NCBI GenBank assembly: GCA_964507835.1
Contig: CAZDQZ010000001.1
Coordinates: forward strand, 2,584-31,400
DNA from: an uncultured Candidatus Peribacteria bacterium
GTDB taxonomy: Bacteria; Patescibacteriota; Gracilibacteria; Peribacterales; Peribacteraceae
Length of the DNA stretch: 28,817 nucleotides
Direction: 5' to 3'
Every line of letters begins with the position of its first letter. Position 1 is the stretch's first letter. The notes below the pieces were generated by a model. It searched no databases and had not been told where the DNA came from. It saw only the letters and a list, made by a program, of their open reading frames with translations. A program made the position numbers and the translations under genes. This document shows positions 1 through 7,333 of the stretch, one piece after another.

Positions 1-222
1 CGCAAGATCGGCAAGATGCTCGCCGAGCACGGGATCTATGTACAGCACCTTGGGATCGGGTGGAATGAATGGCGCTACCACTGGACGCTCTGGAACCACG
101 AACTAGAGTGGAAAGACACGAAAGCAGAAGACTATGTTGTATCAGGAAAAGAACCAGGGGTACCGCAGAAGCGCATACCGAAAGTAATTACACCGTGTCA
201 GGAGGGAGAGTTTGGGTGCTAA
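1..222 (+). CDS. 3' end of a hypothetical protein (truncated by window edge)
   Basis: Frame is open from base 1 (RKIGKMLAEH...) to TAA at 220-222 and converges on the kinase gene; no motif recognised. Confidence 0.55.
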   Translation, partial: RKIGKMLAEHGIYVQHLGIGWNEWRYHWTLWNHELEWKDTKAEDYVVSGKEPGVPQKRIPKVITPCQEGEFGC

Positions 223-231
223 GGGATAACC

Positions 232-2232
232 TTACCTCACAGAAGAGGGAGCTGACCCTGCATTCGCTTGATACCTCTTTCCTGCTTCAGACTTTAACCA
301 ATCCGTTAGTTGGATCATTGGTCCAGTGTATACCCTTCGAACATTGTTCGTGCCTACCCACTGTTCAGGCTTTTCTGTGGGATCCATGGTCCAATTTTTG
401 GATGATAGGTATAAATCTGGATTCTTGATCGCCCCAGGGACACCCTCTACAGACACTATGAATCTCCCTGAATCACCCAAACTCTTTTTAAGAATGTCAT
501 TGTGAGAATAGACGATCGGTTTCTTGCCCTTCGAATAATAAATCATCGTCTGTGACTTGTTATCTACATGTAGTGCACACCCATCATCAAATTCATAGAC
601 AAAAACATCGACACCATCCCCATATGTTTCAAGGGGGAGTGGAGCATCAACAGATAATCCTAAATATTCACGATACTGATCGACGGAAAAGAAGAGAACT
701 GATGCCACACGTTTCTCAGGATCGTTTGGATGGTGCCATTCCGATCCAAATTGTGCAGTGCCTTGCGATTCATCTCCAGAACTCAAGCGAAATACTTTGA
801 CCCCATCCTTCTCTTCAACTGTCATAAGCGTCACTGGCAATGACGGTGAAGATGGCGCGAGTTCCTGATGATCAGGCTTAGCAGGAAGGGAATCTGCTTT
901 CTGTGATGAAAGAGTAGTGCCCGATAGAGTGGCAGGATCAATGACCGATGCCGGCTGACGTGTCGGCTCGGGCGTCTCCACTCCCACGCGCTCACCTCGA
1001 TTTCTCGAAAAACTATAACCACCAACTCCAAGAGCACCGACAGCCAACGTGAGTACAGCTACGATCCCAGCTCTGGTACGCGACCTTGGATCAGCGACAC
1101 GCTGGAGTGTGTCCTGAGTAGACTTTCGCAATTCAACAGTTTCGAGGGTGGCACTATAAGAAAAATCTGTACCTCTCTCCATGGCGTCGAGAGCTTGGAC
1201 AACTTCCTGCATCGTCGGACGTGCGTCAGGTGTGATAGAAGTCATTCGAGAAATTAACTCAGCCAACGGCGAAGGCAAATCTGCTACATCAATATTCAAT
1301 TTTTTTCGAGCCGTATTCACATCAGTGGGTACTGTAGATTGACGAGCGTTAAACAGGGAAAAAGTCGCTGTATGACCTTCTTCATGACCTTCGAGTGCCT
1401 CGAAGTGCGGAACACGTCCTGTCGATAGCTCATACAGTATACATCCTAGAGAAAACACATCGGACTTCTCACTTGATGCGACTGACCCAAGAGAAATTGT
1501 CTCAGGAGCCATGTATCGAGGGGTACCAAGAATACTACCGTCTTGAGTAAGATTCGTTTGTGGATCCTGGTCTTTATATTTAGCTAAGCCAAAATCTGCA
1601 ACTTTCAGCACCCCATCCTTCGTCATCAAAATGTTAGCAGGCTTCAAATCACGATGAATGACGTTCGCCTTATGCGCTGCATGAACTCCGGCTGCGATTT
1701 GCTTCCCATAATTGATAACATCTGTAGCAGAAAGAGGTGTCCCGACTATTTGTGTCAAATCTCCACCGTCTACATACTCCGTCAAAAAAATGACAGTACC
1801 GTCTCCTAGAATTTTGGCATATTCTGCACGTACAACATTCGGATGTGATACTGTAGCAACGCTCTGAATCTCGCGAATAAAACGAAGTTTGGCAGAAGGA
1901 TTATCGCAATATTTTCCAGAAACCAATTTCATTGCATATTTCCTTATTCCTATGATCGGAATATCACTTTCAACTAAATAGACTGTGCCCATCGCTCCAT
2001 TACCTAGCTTTTTTCTTACAATATATTGATCGTCAATCACTGCTCCTTCTGCCAATAGACTCTGGAGATTGTCACGCACCTTATCTGTTTCAGCGAAATT
2101 GGAAGTAGTGTGTGCTGATGTTTGTTCAGAGACTGAGAAACTCTCAGAATTTCTAACAGAACCACTTTCTGTTGCTTCAACAGGAAGCAGTGATTCTCCA
2201 TCTCCTGCAGTAGGTGGCTGAACGATTGCCAT
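232..2232 (-). CDS. Hanks-type Ser/Thr protein kinase with one TM helix and an unrecognised C-terminal (probably extracytoplasmic) domain
   Basis: Motifs LGNGAMGTVY, YAMK, HRDLKPANIL, DFGLA, GTPRYMAPE and SDVFSLG; TM segment AGIVAVLTLAVGALGVGGYSF. ATG at 2232 is preferred over GTG at 2238 because of promoter spacing. Confidence 0.92.
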   Translation of the reverse strand: MAIVQPPTAGDGESLLPVEATESGSVRNSESFSVSEQTSAHTTSNFAETDKVRDNLQSLLAEGAVIDDQYIVRKKLGNGAMGTVYLVESDIPIIGIRKYAMKLVSGKYCDNPSAKLRFIREIQSVATVSHPNVVRAEYAKILGDGTVIFLTEYVDGGDLTQIVGTPLSATDVINYGKQIAAGVHAAHKANVIHRDLKPANILMTKDGVLKVADFGLAKYKDQDPQTNLTQDGSILGTPRYMAPETISLGSVASSEKSDVFSLGCILYELSTGRVPHFEALEGHEEGHTATFSLFNARQSTVPTDVNTARKKLNIDVADLPSPLAELISRMTSITPDARPTMQEVVQALDAMERGTDFSYSATLETVELRKSTQDTLQRVADPRSRTRAGIVAVLTLAVGALGVGGYSFSRNRGERVGVETPEPTRQPASVIDPATLSGTTLSSQKADSLPAKPDHQELAPSSPSLPVTLMTVEEKDGVKVFRLSSGDESQGTAQFGSEWHHPNDPEKRVASVLFFSVDQYREYLGLSVDAPLPLETYGDGVDVFVYEFDDGCALHVDNKSQTMIYYSKGKKPIVYSHNDILKKSLGDSGRFIVSVEGVPGAIKNPDLYLSSKNWTMDPTEKPEQWVGTNNVRRVYTGPMIQLTDWLKSEAGKRYQANAGSAPSSVR

Positions 2233-2241
2233 AACCACTCA

Positions 2242-2269
2242 ATAGTACTTTTTTTAGCACTTTTGTCAA
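2242..2269 (-). promoter_or_regulatory. sigma70-type promoter of the kinase gene
   Basis: Minus strand TTGACA (2269-2264), 16 nt, TACTAT (2247-2242), 9 nt, ATG. Confidence 0.6.
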
Positions 2270-2310
2270 GGAAACTCCACAGGAATCTACAACAAATATA
2301 GGCACTAACA

Positions 2311-3018
2311 TCAATGCTTCAATGTTGCGCTACTCGAGCTTGATGCGAGCTGAATCGATGAGAAGGACGAGAACGATGAAGTTGAAACGAATGGAAAAGG
2401 ATTACTGATGGAGCTAAATCCTCCGGATGATGAGACGTAGGCAGAGCTAGATACGCTACTCATCGAAGATATAGAAAATGGCCACGGTGGAGCTGGTTGA
2501 ATGTTTTCAAAACTAGAGACACTGGAATATGAGATAGAAAAACTCGAAGACTGATTGCTGATGGAAGTAGAGCTAGAAGAAACAGAGCTCCCAAAAGGAC
2601 CTGGTGCTGGATGAGGAATGATAGGAATACTAGAAATACTAGAAATGCTCTGAAACGAACTTGATGTTGTGCTCGTGCTACTGACAGAAGGAAAAGGATA
2701 GACAATAGTCTTTAAGAGAGCGGATGGAACGAATGGCCCTGAGGTATTTTGCTGAATATTCACAGAAGACTGTGCCTCTGCAGTCTTTGGGGTGACAGCA
2801 CTCCCAAGTGGCGCAAACGTCACAGTCGCCACATCTTTGACAGGCGTAGCCCCAGACACACTAAAATCATCATCCCCTGCTTCCTGCACCGCTGGTGGCA
2901 TCTCTCCTCTAGAAATCTGATAACTGACGAAGATGGTACCGAGGAGTACAAGAAATAGAAGTAGAGCAACAAAGAGTTGTTCATGTCTGTGCTCGGTGTG
3001 GTTGTTTGTTCTATCCAT
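2311..3018 (-). CDS. Single-TM membrane protein with long Ser-rich low-complexity C-terminus
   Basis: TM LFVALLLFLVLLGTIFVSY followed by Ser-rich tail with P-F motifs; start uncertain (ATG 3018 or 3045; ORF track extends to 3075). Confidence 0.75.
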   Translation of the reverse strand: MDRTNNHTEHRHEQLFVALLLFLVLLGTIFVSYQISRGEMPPAVQEAGDDDFSVSGATPVKDVATVTFAPLGSAVTPKTAEAQSSVNIQQNTSGPFVPSALLKTIVYPFPSVSSTSTTSSSFQSISSISSIPIIPHPAPGPFGSSVSSSSTSISNQSSSFSISYSSVSSFENIQPAPPWPFSISSMSSVSSSAYVSSSGGFSSISNPFPFVSTSSFSSFSSIQLASSSSSATLKH

Positions 3019-3131
3019 GGTTTGATGTATTTTTTTGTTTCTCATCAGTATAGAAGATTTAACGTAAAATCTCAAGCCTTTTCTACCCTTCTACCGTAGA
3101 ATCAAGTCGTTCACTCCCCTTCCTTACTCTC

Positions 3132-3935
3132 ATGAAGCCAATACTTCTCTGCTTACACGGCTGGGGTGGCTCCAAACAATCATTCGCCGAACTCCGTACG
3201 GCACTCAAGAACGACGATATCGAAATCCTCACACCGGACCTGCCTGGGTTTGGTAGTGAACCAGAGCCAACACGACCATGGACGAATGATGACTATGCGG
3301 ATTGGGTAGAGAACTGGCTTAAAAAAAGCGGAAAGCTGGAAGCGATAAGCGGGAAGCTCTACCTCCTTGGACATTCTCATGGTGGAAGAATTGCACTGAA
3401 ACTTGCAAACAGAGAATCAGTCACAAGTCACAAGTCACAAGTCACAAGTAAACTACGTACTCATAGCTCACAGCTCATAGCTCATAGCTTCCATATCGAA
3501 CATCTCTTTCTCTGTGCTCCCGCCGGCATCCGTCACGCCAGACATTTCAAGCGAATCATCGGACTTCTGCTCGCGAAGACTGGATCATTCTTCCTCGCTA
3601 TTCCTGGGCTCAACATACTCGCCCCCATTGGCAAGAAACTGCTCTACAGGCTCGTCCGTGTGCATGATTACGAAATAGCGAGCCCTGTGATGAGGCAAAC
3701 GATGATCAATGTCGCGCGGGAAGATCTGCGTCCACTCCTCTCTTCCATCGCTCTTCCCACTGATCTCTTCTGGGGGAAAGATGACGGAATGACGCCGTTC
3801 TCCGATGCACTCATCATGGAGAGGGAACTACCGCATGCGACACTGCATGCGTTTGAAGGTGTACGGCACAGAGTGCATCGAGACAAAGCCAGGGAGATTG
3901 CGGAAGTGATACGAGAAAAAATATTAGGTACATGA
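3132..3935 (+). CDS. Alpha/beta-fold hydrolase
   Basis: LHGWGG oxyanion motif, DLPGFG, nucleophile elbow GHSHGG, WGKDD (acid) and C-terminal His (GVRH); carries two heptamer-derived loop segments. Confidence 0.9.
   Translation: MKPILLCLHGWGGSKQSFAELRTALKNDDIEILTPDLPGFGSEPEPTRPWTNDDYADWVENWLKKSGKLEAISGKLYLLGHSHGGRIALKLANRESVTSHKSQVTSKLRTHSSQLIAHSFHIEHLFLCAPAGIRHARHFKRIIGLLLAKTGSFFLAIPGLNILAPIGKKLLYRLVRVHDYEIASPVMRQTMINVAREDLRPLLSSIALPTDLFWGKDDGMTPFSDALIMERELPHATLHAFEGVRHRVHRDKAREIAEVIREKILGT
3326..3360 (+). repeat. 7-bp-periodic degenerate tract (AAGCnnn x5), in-frame in hydrolase
   Basis: AAGCGGA AAGCTGG AAGCGAT AAGCGGG AAGCTCT. Confidence 0.8.
3419..3488 (+). repeat. Bipartite heptamer tandem repeat, in-frame in hydrolase
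   Basis: (AGTCACA)x4 at 3419-3446, a spacer, then TCATAGC TCACAGC TCATAGC TCATAGC at 3461-3488. Confidence 0.95.
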
Positions 3936-3961
3936 TGAGTCAAAGAAGGATTCTTTACATT

Positions 3962-4032
3962 GGGAGCACGATGCTTCGTGCGTTTGACAAGTGCTAATAA
4001 GGGTCATCGACCGCGGGAAGCATCCCGCTCCC
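3962..4032. other. Intergenic inverted-repeat element with two alternative folds
   Basis: GGGAGC/GCTCCC plus GATGCTTC/GAAGCATC long stem, versus local hairpins GCACGA-TGCT-TCGTGC and GCGGGA-AGCA-TCCCGC. Confidence 0.6.
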
Positions 4033-4064
4033 TTTTAAAAAATATTATCAGCTAGAATATACCC

Positions 4065-5693
4065 ATGAGCACATTCAACACTCTCTTCCTCACCCTCACC
4101 GCACTCGCCTGTGTCTCCCCTCTCCTGACACTTCTGCACCTGTGGCAGATGAAGGAGTGGCGGTGGGACAGACTGCTAGATCACCTAAAGACAGAAGGAA
4201 TCTTCATAACTCTCGTGGGCAAAGCACGGTACTTGATTGGTGCCCTGTGGCTCCTGAACGGACTCCTCGTCTTCGCATTCATGAGTCAATCGACTGAAAG
4301 CAGGGATCTGTTCTTCTCCATCTGGTTGCTAATACTCCCAGCACTCCTCGTGATACTAGGAACACTGCAATGGTTCATGAAGAAACAGCCAATGCCTGTC
4401 TGGACTCGCAAAGCTGAGCTCATGTTCGTCGTGAGCATTCTCCTCACGATTGGTGCTGGTGTCCTTGTAATGATATATACGAGTTTTGGCTTCGATAAGC
4501 CAGAAAACATCATTAAGACGAACACTTTTGCGTGGATCACTACCCTCCTTCCCTATCTAGGGTCCTTCTTTGTCGTTCTCTCCTGGCTCCTCCTCCGCCC
4601 CATTGACCTCTTCCTCAAAAATCGAATTCTCGCGCGCGCGAAAGCTCTACGAGCGTCTCATCCGCACCTCATCGTCATCGGCATCACAGGGAGTGTAGGA
4701 AAAACAACAACGAAGGAACTCATCCATCATCTGCTCAAAGACAAAGGAGCTATAGCCACACCACTGCACGTCAATACAGAGATGGGTGTGGCTGGGTGGC
4801 TGTCTTCCGTATTGAAGGACGAACCATATGATTCCACGAGAATCCTCGTCGTCGAGATGGGTGCCTACAGAATCGGAGAAATCGCACTACTCTGTGAGAT
4901 CGCACAACCGACCATTGGCGTCGTAACCTTTGTCGGCAAGCAACACAGCGGACTCTTCGGGGGAGAAGAAGCGATCGCAAAGGCAAAAGGTGAACTCGTG
5001 GCACATCTTCCAAAAAACGGACATGCATTCGTCAATGCTGACAGCCCACTCATCGACCTCCTGCTCAAAGAATCGACAGTGAATCCCATCACCATCGGCT
5101 CAGGCGCAAGCGCTCAGATCGTGGCACTCGATATCGAAGAAACTGGCAAAGGAGTACGGTTTACCACGTTCGATACAACATTCGATGTTCCCCTTGCAGG
5201 GACGCACAACGTCACGAATATTTTGCTCGCGATCGCTACTGCGAAACATCTCGGTGTCGGACTGCCAGAAATCAGACAATCACTCAGAAATTTCACGGCA
5301 TTCGAGCGAACATTCTCCGTACGCCGTGAACACGGCATCACCATTCTTGATAACTCGTATAACTCTTCCGCTGAAAGCGCCGAAGCAGGGATCGATTGGG
5401 CGAAGAGGCAACCCAACAAAGAGAAAATCCTCGTCATGAGTGGCATCATCGAACTTGGAAACGATGAAGAACGTGTGCACCGCATGATCGCCGAGAAAGC
5501 CGTGAAGGTCTTTCAGAAGGTGTACATCACACAAGAACGATTTCTAACCTACTTCAAGCCATTCTTCGGGGAGAGAGCCTCTCTCGTTTCTGCCAAAAAA
5601 CAACCACTATCCTCTGGCGCTCTGCTGGTATGCATGGGACGGATGTCAGGTGAAACAATTGAACGATTCATGCCAGAGAAAAATGAATTATGA
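4065..5693 (+). CDS. murF: UDP-N-acetylmuramoyl-tripeptide--D-Ala-D-Ala ligase with N-terminal TM segments
   Basis: P-loop GITGSVGKTTTKE, VEMGA, LAGTHNVTN, DNSYNS, GIIELG; about 180-aa hydrophobic N-terminus. Confidence 0.85.
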   Translation: MSTFNTLFLTLTALACVSPLLTLLHLWQMKEWRWDRLLDHLKTEGIFITLVGKARYLIGALWLLNGLLVFAFMSQSTESRDLFFSIWLLILPALLVILGTLQWFMKKQPMPVWTRKAELMFVVSILLTIGAGVLVMIYTSFGFDKPENIIKTNTFAWITTLLPYLGSFFVVLSWLLLRPIDLFLKNRILARAKALRASHPHLIVIGITGSVGKTTTKELIHHLLKDKGAIATPLHVNTEMGVAGWLSSVLKDEPYDSTRILVVEMGAYRIGEIALLCEIAQPTIGVVTFVGKQHSGLFGGEEAIAKAKGELVAHLPKNGHAFVNADSPLIDLLLKESTVNPITIGSGASAQIVALDIEETGKGVRFTTFDTTFDVPLAGTHNVTNILLAIATAKHLGVGLPEIRQSLRNFTAFERTFSVRREHGITILDNSYNSSAESAEAGIDWAKRQPNKEKILVMSGIIELGNDEERVHRMIAEKAVKVFQKVYITQERFLTYFKPFFGERASLVSAKKQPLSSGALLVCMGRMSGETIERFMPEKNEL

Positions 5694-5716
5694 ATGAAGA
5701 ATTATGAATTATGATG
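5682..5716 (+). repeat. Heptamer tract (TATGAAT-type x5) containing the murF stop codon
   Basis: AATGAAT TATGAAT GAAGAAT TATGAAT TATGATG. Confidence 0.85.
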
Positions 5717-5732
5717 AAGGAAATCTTTATCT

Positions 5733-5749
5733 GCGGGTCGAAGACCCGC
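5733..5749 (+). terminator. GC-rich hairpin downstream of murF (possible terminator; no U-tract)
   Basis: GCGGGTC-GAA-GACCCGC, perfect 7-bp stem. Confidence 0.45.
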
Positions 5750-5772
5750 GCTCATACTCTACAATATAGAAC

Positions 5773-5807
5773 TTATGACTGAAGACTTGTGACGTATGAC
5801 TTGTGAC
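5773..5807 (+). repeat. Heptamer tract (TTGTGAC-type x5)
   Basis: TTATGAC TGAAGAC TTGTGAC GTATGAC TTGTGAC; TTGTGAC is a reverse-complement permutation of the AGTCACA unit in the hydrolase. Confidence 0.85.
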
Positions 5808-5814
5808 TTCTACG

Positions 5815-5838
5815 AACCCTAACCCAAACCCTAACCCC
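5815..5838 (+). repeat. Hexamer tandem repeat (AACCCn x4)
   Basis: AACCCT AACCCA AACCCT AACCCC. Confidence 0.85.
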
Positions 5839-5846
5839 AAGCCACC

Positions 5847-7085
5847 CTGTCCTCCCCCATCCACCACACCTACGGCCCACACGTCGATCGAGCCACTCTC
5901 TGGCGCTCACTCTCCCTATCGTACAAACCATGGCTCTATCGAAAGGGTCCATCGATCGAGAAGTTACGAAGCGCGCTCAAAGAAAAATTCAATGCATCTG
6001 TGACGCTGTTTTCCTCCGGTCGTGAAGGTCTTCTCGCCCTCCTGCGTGCTCTCGATGTCAGGCCTGGGCAGGAGATCATCGTCCAGGGATACACATGCGT
6101 CGTCGTACCGAATGCGATCCATGCAGCTGGTGCCGTCCCAGTGTACGCCGACATCGATCCAGAAACGCTCAATCTCACACGACAAACTGTGAAAGCCGTG
6201 ATCACCGATCGCACGAAAGCGATCATCTGCCAACATACATTCGGCATCCCCGCTCCGCTCGATGCACTGCGAGAACTGTGTGACGAGAACAATATCATTC
6301 TCATCGAAGACTGTGCACACATCCTGCCCGATGCCAAAGGACCACAAGGAATAGGAATGACCGGAGACTATGCAATCCTGAGTTTTGGGCGAGATAAAGC
6401 TATCTCAGGTATCACAGGTGGTGCCATCGTTGCTCGTAGCCCTGCGGTAGCCGCGATCCTCCGTGAACTAGAGAAAACGGCACTACACCTCTCACTCTGG
6501 ACGATCGGGATGTTGCTCGAGTACCCGTCACGCATGCACTCCATCGTACGTCCGCTCGCAGGCACCATGTTCCTGAAGCCTGTCCTCTGGTTACTTCAAA
6601 GGATGAGGATGATCGTCCCCGTCGTGACTGCAGATGAGAAAGCCGGTCGCATGTCGCCTATTCTCCATAAAATACCGAATGTCTGTTCTGCTCTCGCACT
6701 ACGATCTCTGCAAGCACTCCCCCGTCTCAATGAACGAAGACGCACGCTGACATCATTCTATCTCGCACATGGCAAAAAGCAGTCCTGGCCGATTCCTGAT
6801 GGCATACGAGCCGATATGCCACTCCAGAAATTTCCCATCTTCGTCACGAATGCTCCGGGGAAGCGATCGATCCTCACAAAGGACAACATTCATCTCGATG
6901 ACGGCTGGACGGGGTGCGTTATCTGCCCAGAGAGTGTGTCTCTCGAGGTAGCTGGCTACGAATGGGGCAAGGATCCTCTCGCAGAGCAAGCCTGCAAACA
7001 CATTCTGAATCTACCCACACATCCGACGATGACACTGTACCAGGCACAGATTTTGGCGAAGAAAATTGATACATTACTCAAATAA
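5847..7085 (+). CDS. DegT/DnrJ/EryC1/StrS-family PLP-dependent aminotransferase (start uncertain; probable CTG at 5847)
   Basis: SSGREGL, VPVYADID, QHTFG, IEDCAH, SFGRDKAISGITGG (PLP Lys), LNLPTHP. The frame is open from 5835 and reads protein-like (IHHTYGPHVD...KPWLYRKGPSIEKL) well upstream of the called GTG at 6000. Confidence 0.85.
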   Translation: MSSPIHHTYGPHVDRATLWRSLSLSYKPWLYRKGPSIEKLRSALKEKFNASVTLFSSGREGLLALLRALDVRPGQEIIVQGYTCVVVPNAIHAAGAVPVYADIDPETLNLTRQTVKAVITDRTKAIICQHTFGIPAPLDALRELCDENNIILIEDCAHILPDAKGPQGIGMTGDYAILSFGRDKAISGITGGAIVARSPAVAAILRELEKTALHLSLWTIGMLLEYPSRMHSIVRPLAGTMFLKPVLWLLQRMRMIVPVVTADEKAGRMSPILHKIPNVCSALALRSLQALPRLNERRRTLTSFYLAHGKKQSWPIPDGIRADMPLQKFPIFVTNAPGKRSILTKDNIHLDDGWTGCVICPESVSLEVAGYEWGKDPLAEQACKHILNLPTHPTMTLYQAQILAKKIDTLLK

Positions 7086-7112
7086 ATTACGTGAGAACTG
7101 CAAGATTTTCTT

Positions 7113-7137
7113 TCCACTTTTTTTAGAAAAAAGTGGA
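7113..7137 (+). terminator. A/T-rich hairpin after the DegT stop
   Basis: TCCACTTTTTT-TAG-AAAAAAGTGGA, 11-bp stem flanked by T and A runs. Confidence 0.5.
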
Positions 7138-7166
7138 GAAAAAATCGTCGCTTGTTGGACAGTGCC

Positions 7167-7270
7167 TACGCAGAGCGGCTCGTATCTGCTGAAAGCGTGA
7201 ACTCCTCGCTCGCCCCCGCTCGCTCGTCAAACAGCACGCTTTCATATCGCAGATACTCACCGACTGCGTA
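7167..7270. other. Long interrupted hairpin (MITE/REP-like or ncRNA candidate)
   Basis: Nested stems TACGCAG/CTGCGTA, GTATCTGC/GCAGATAC and TGAAAGCGTG/CACGCTTTCA. Confidence 0.6.
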
Positions 7271-7333
7271 ACAGCACTGTCCAAGGCGACAAATAAATAA
7301 GGTAATACTAATTTTTCCGCTATCATTCCTCCG

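Noticed and set aside
5815-5838. Eukaryotic telomere contamination or chimeric assembly
   Set aside because: There are only four imperfect units, embedded in continuous bacterial operon context.
5803-6003. ORF MTSTNPNPNPNPKPP... as a real Pro-rich protein
   Set aside because: It is a translation of the hexamer repeat and overlaps the true DegT N-terminal region in another frame.
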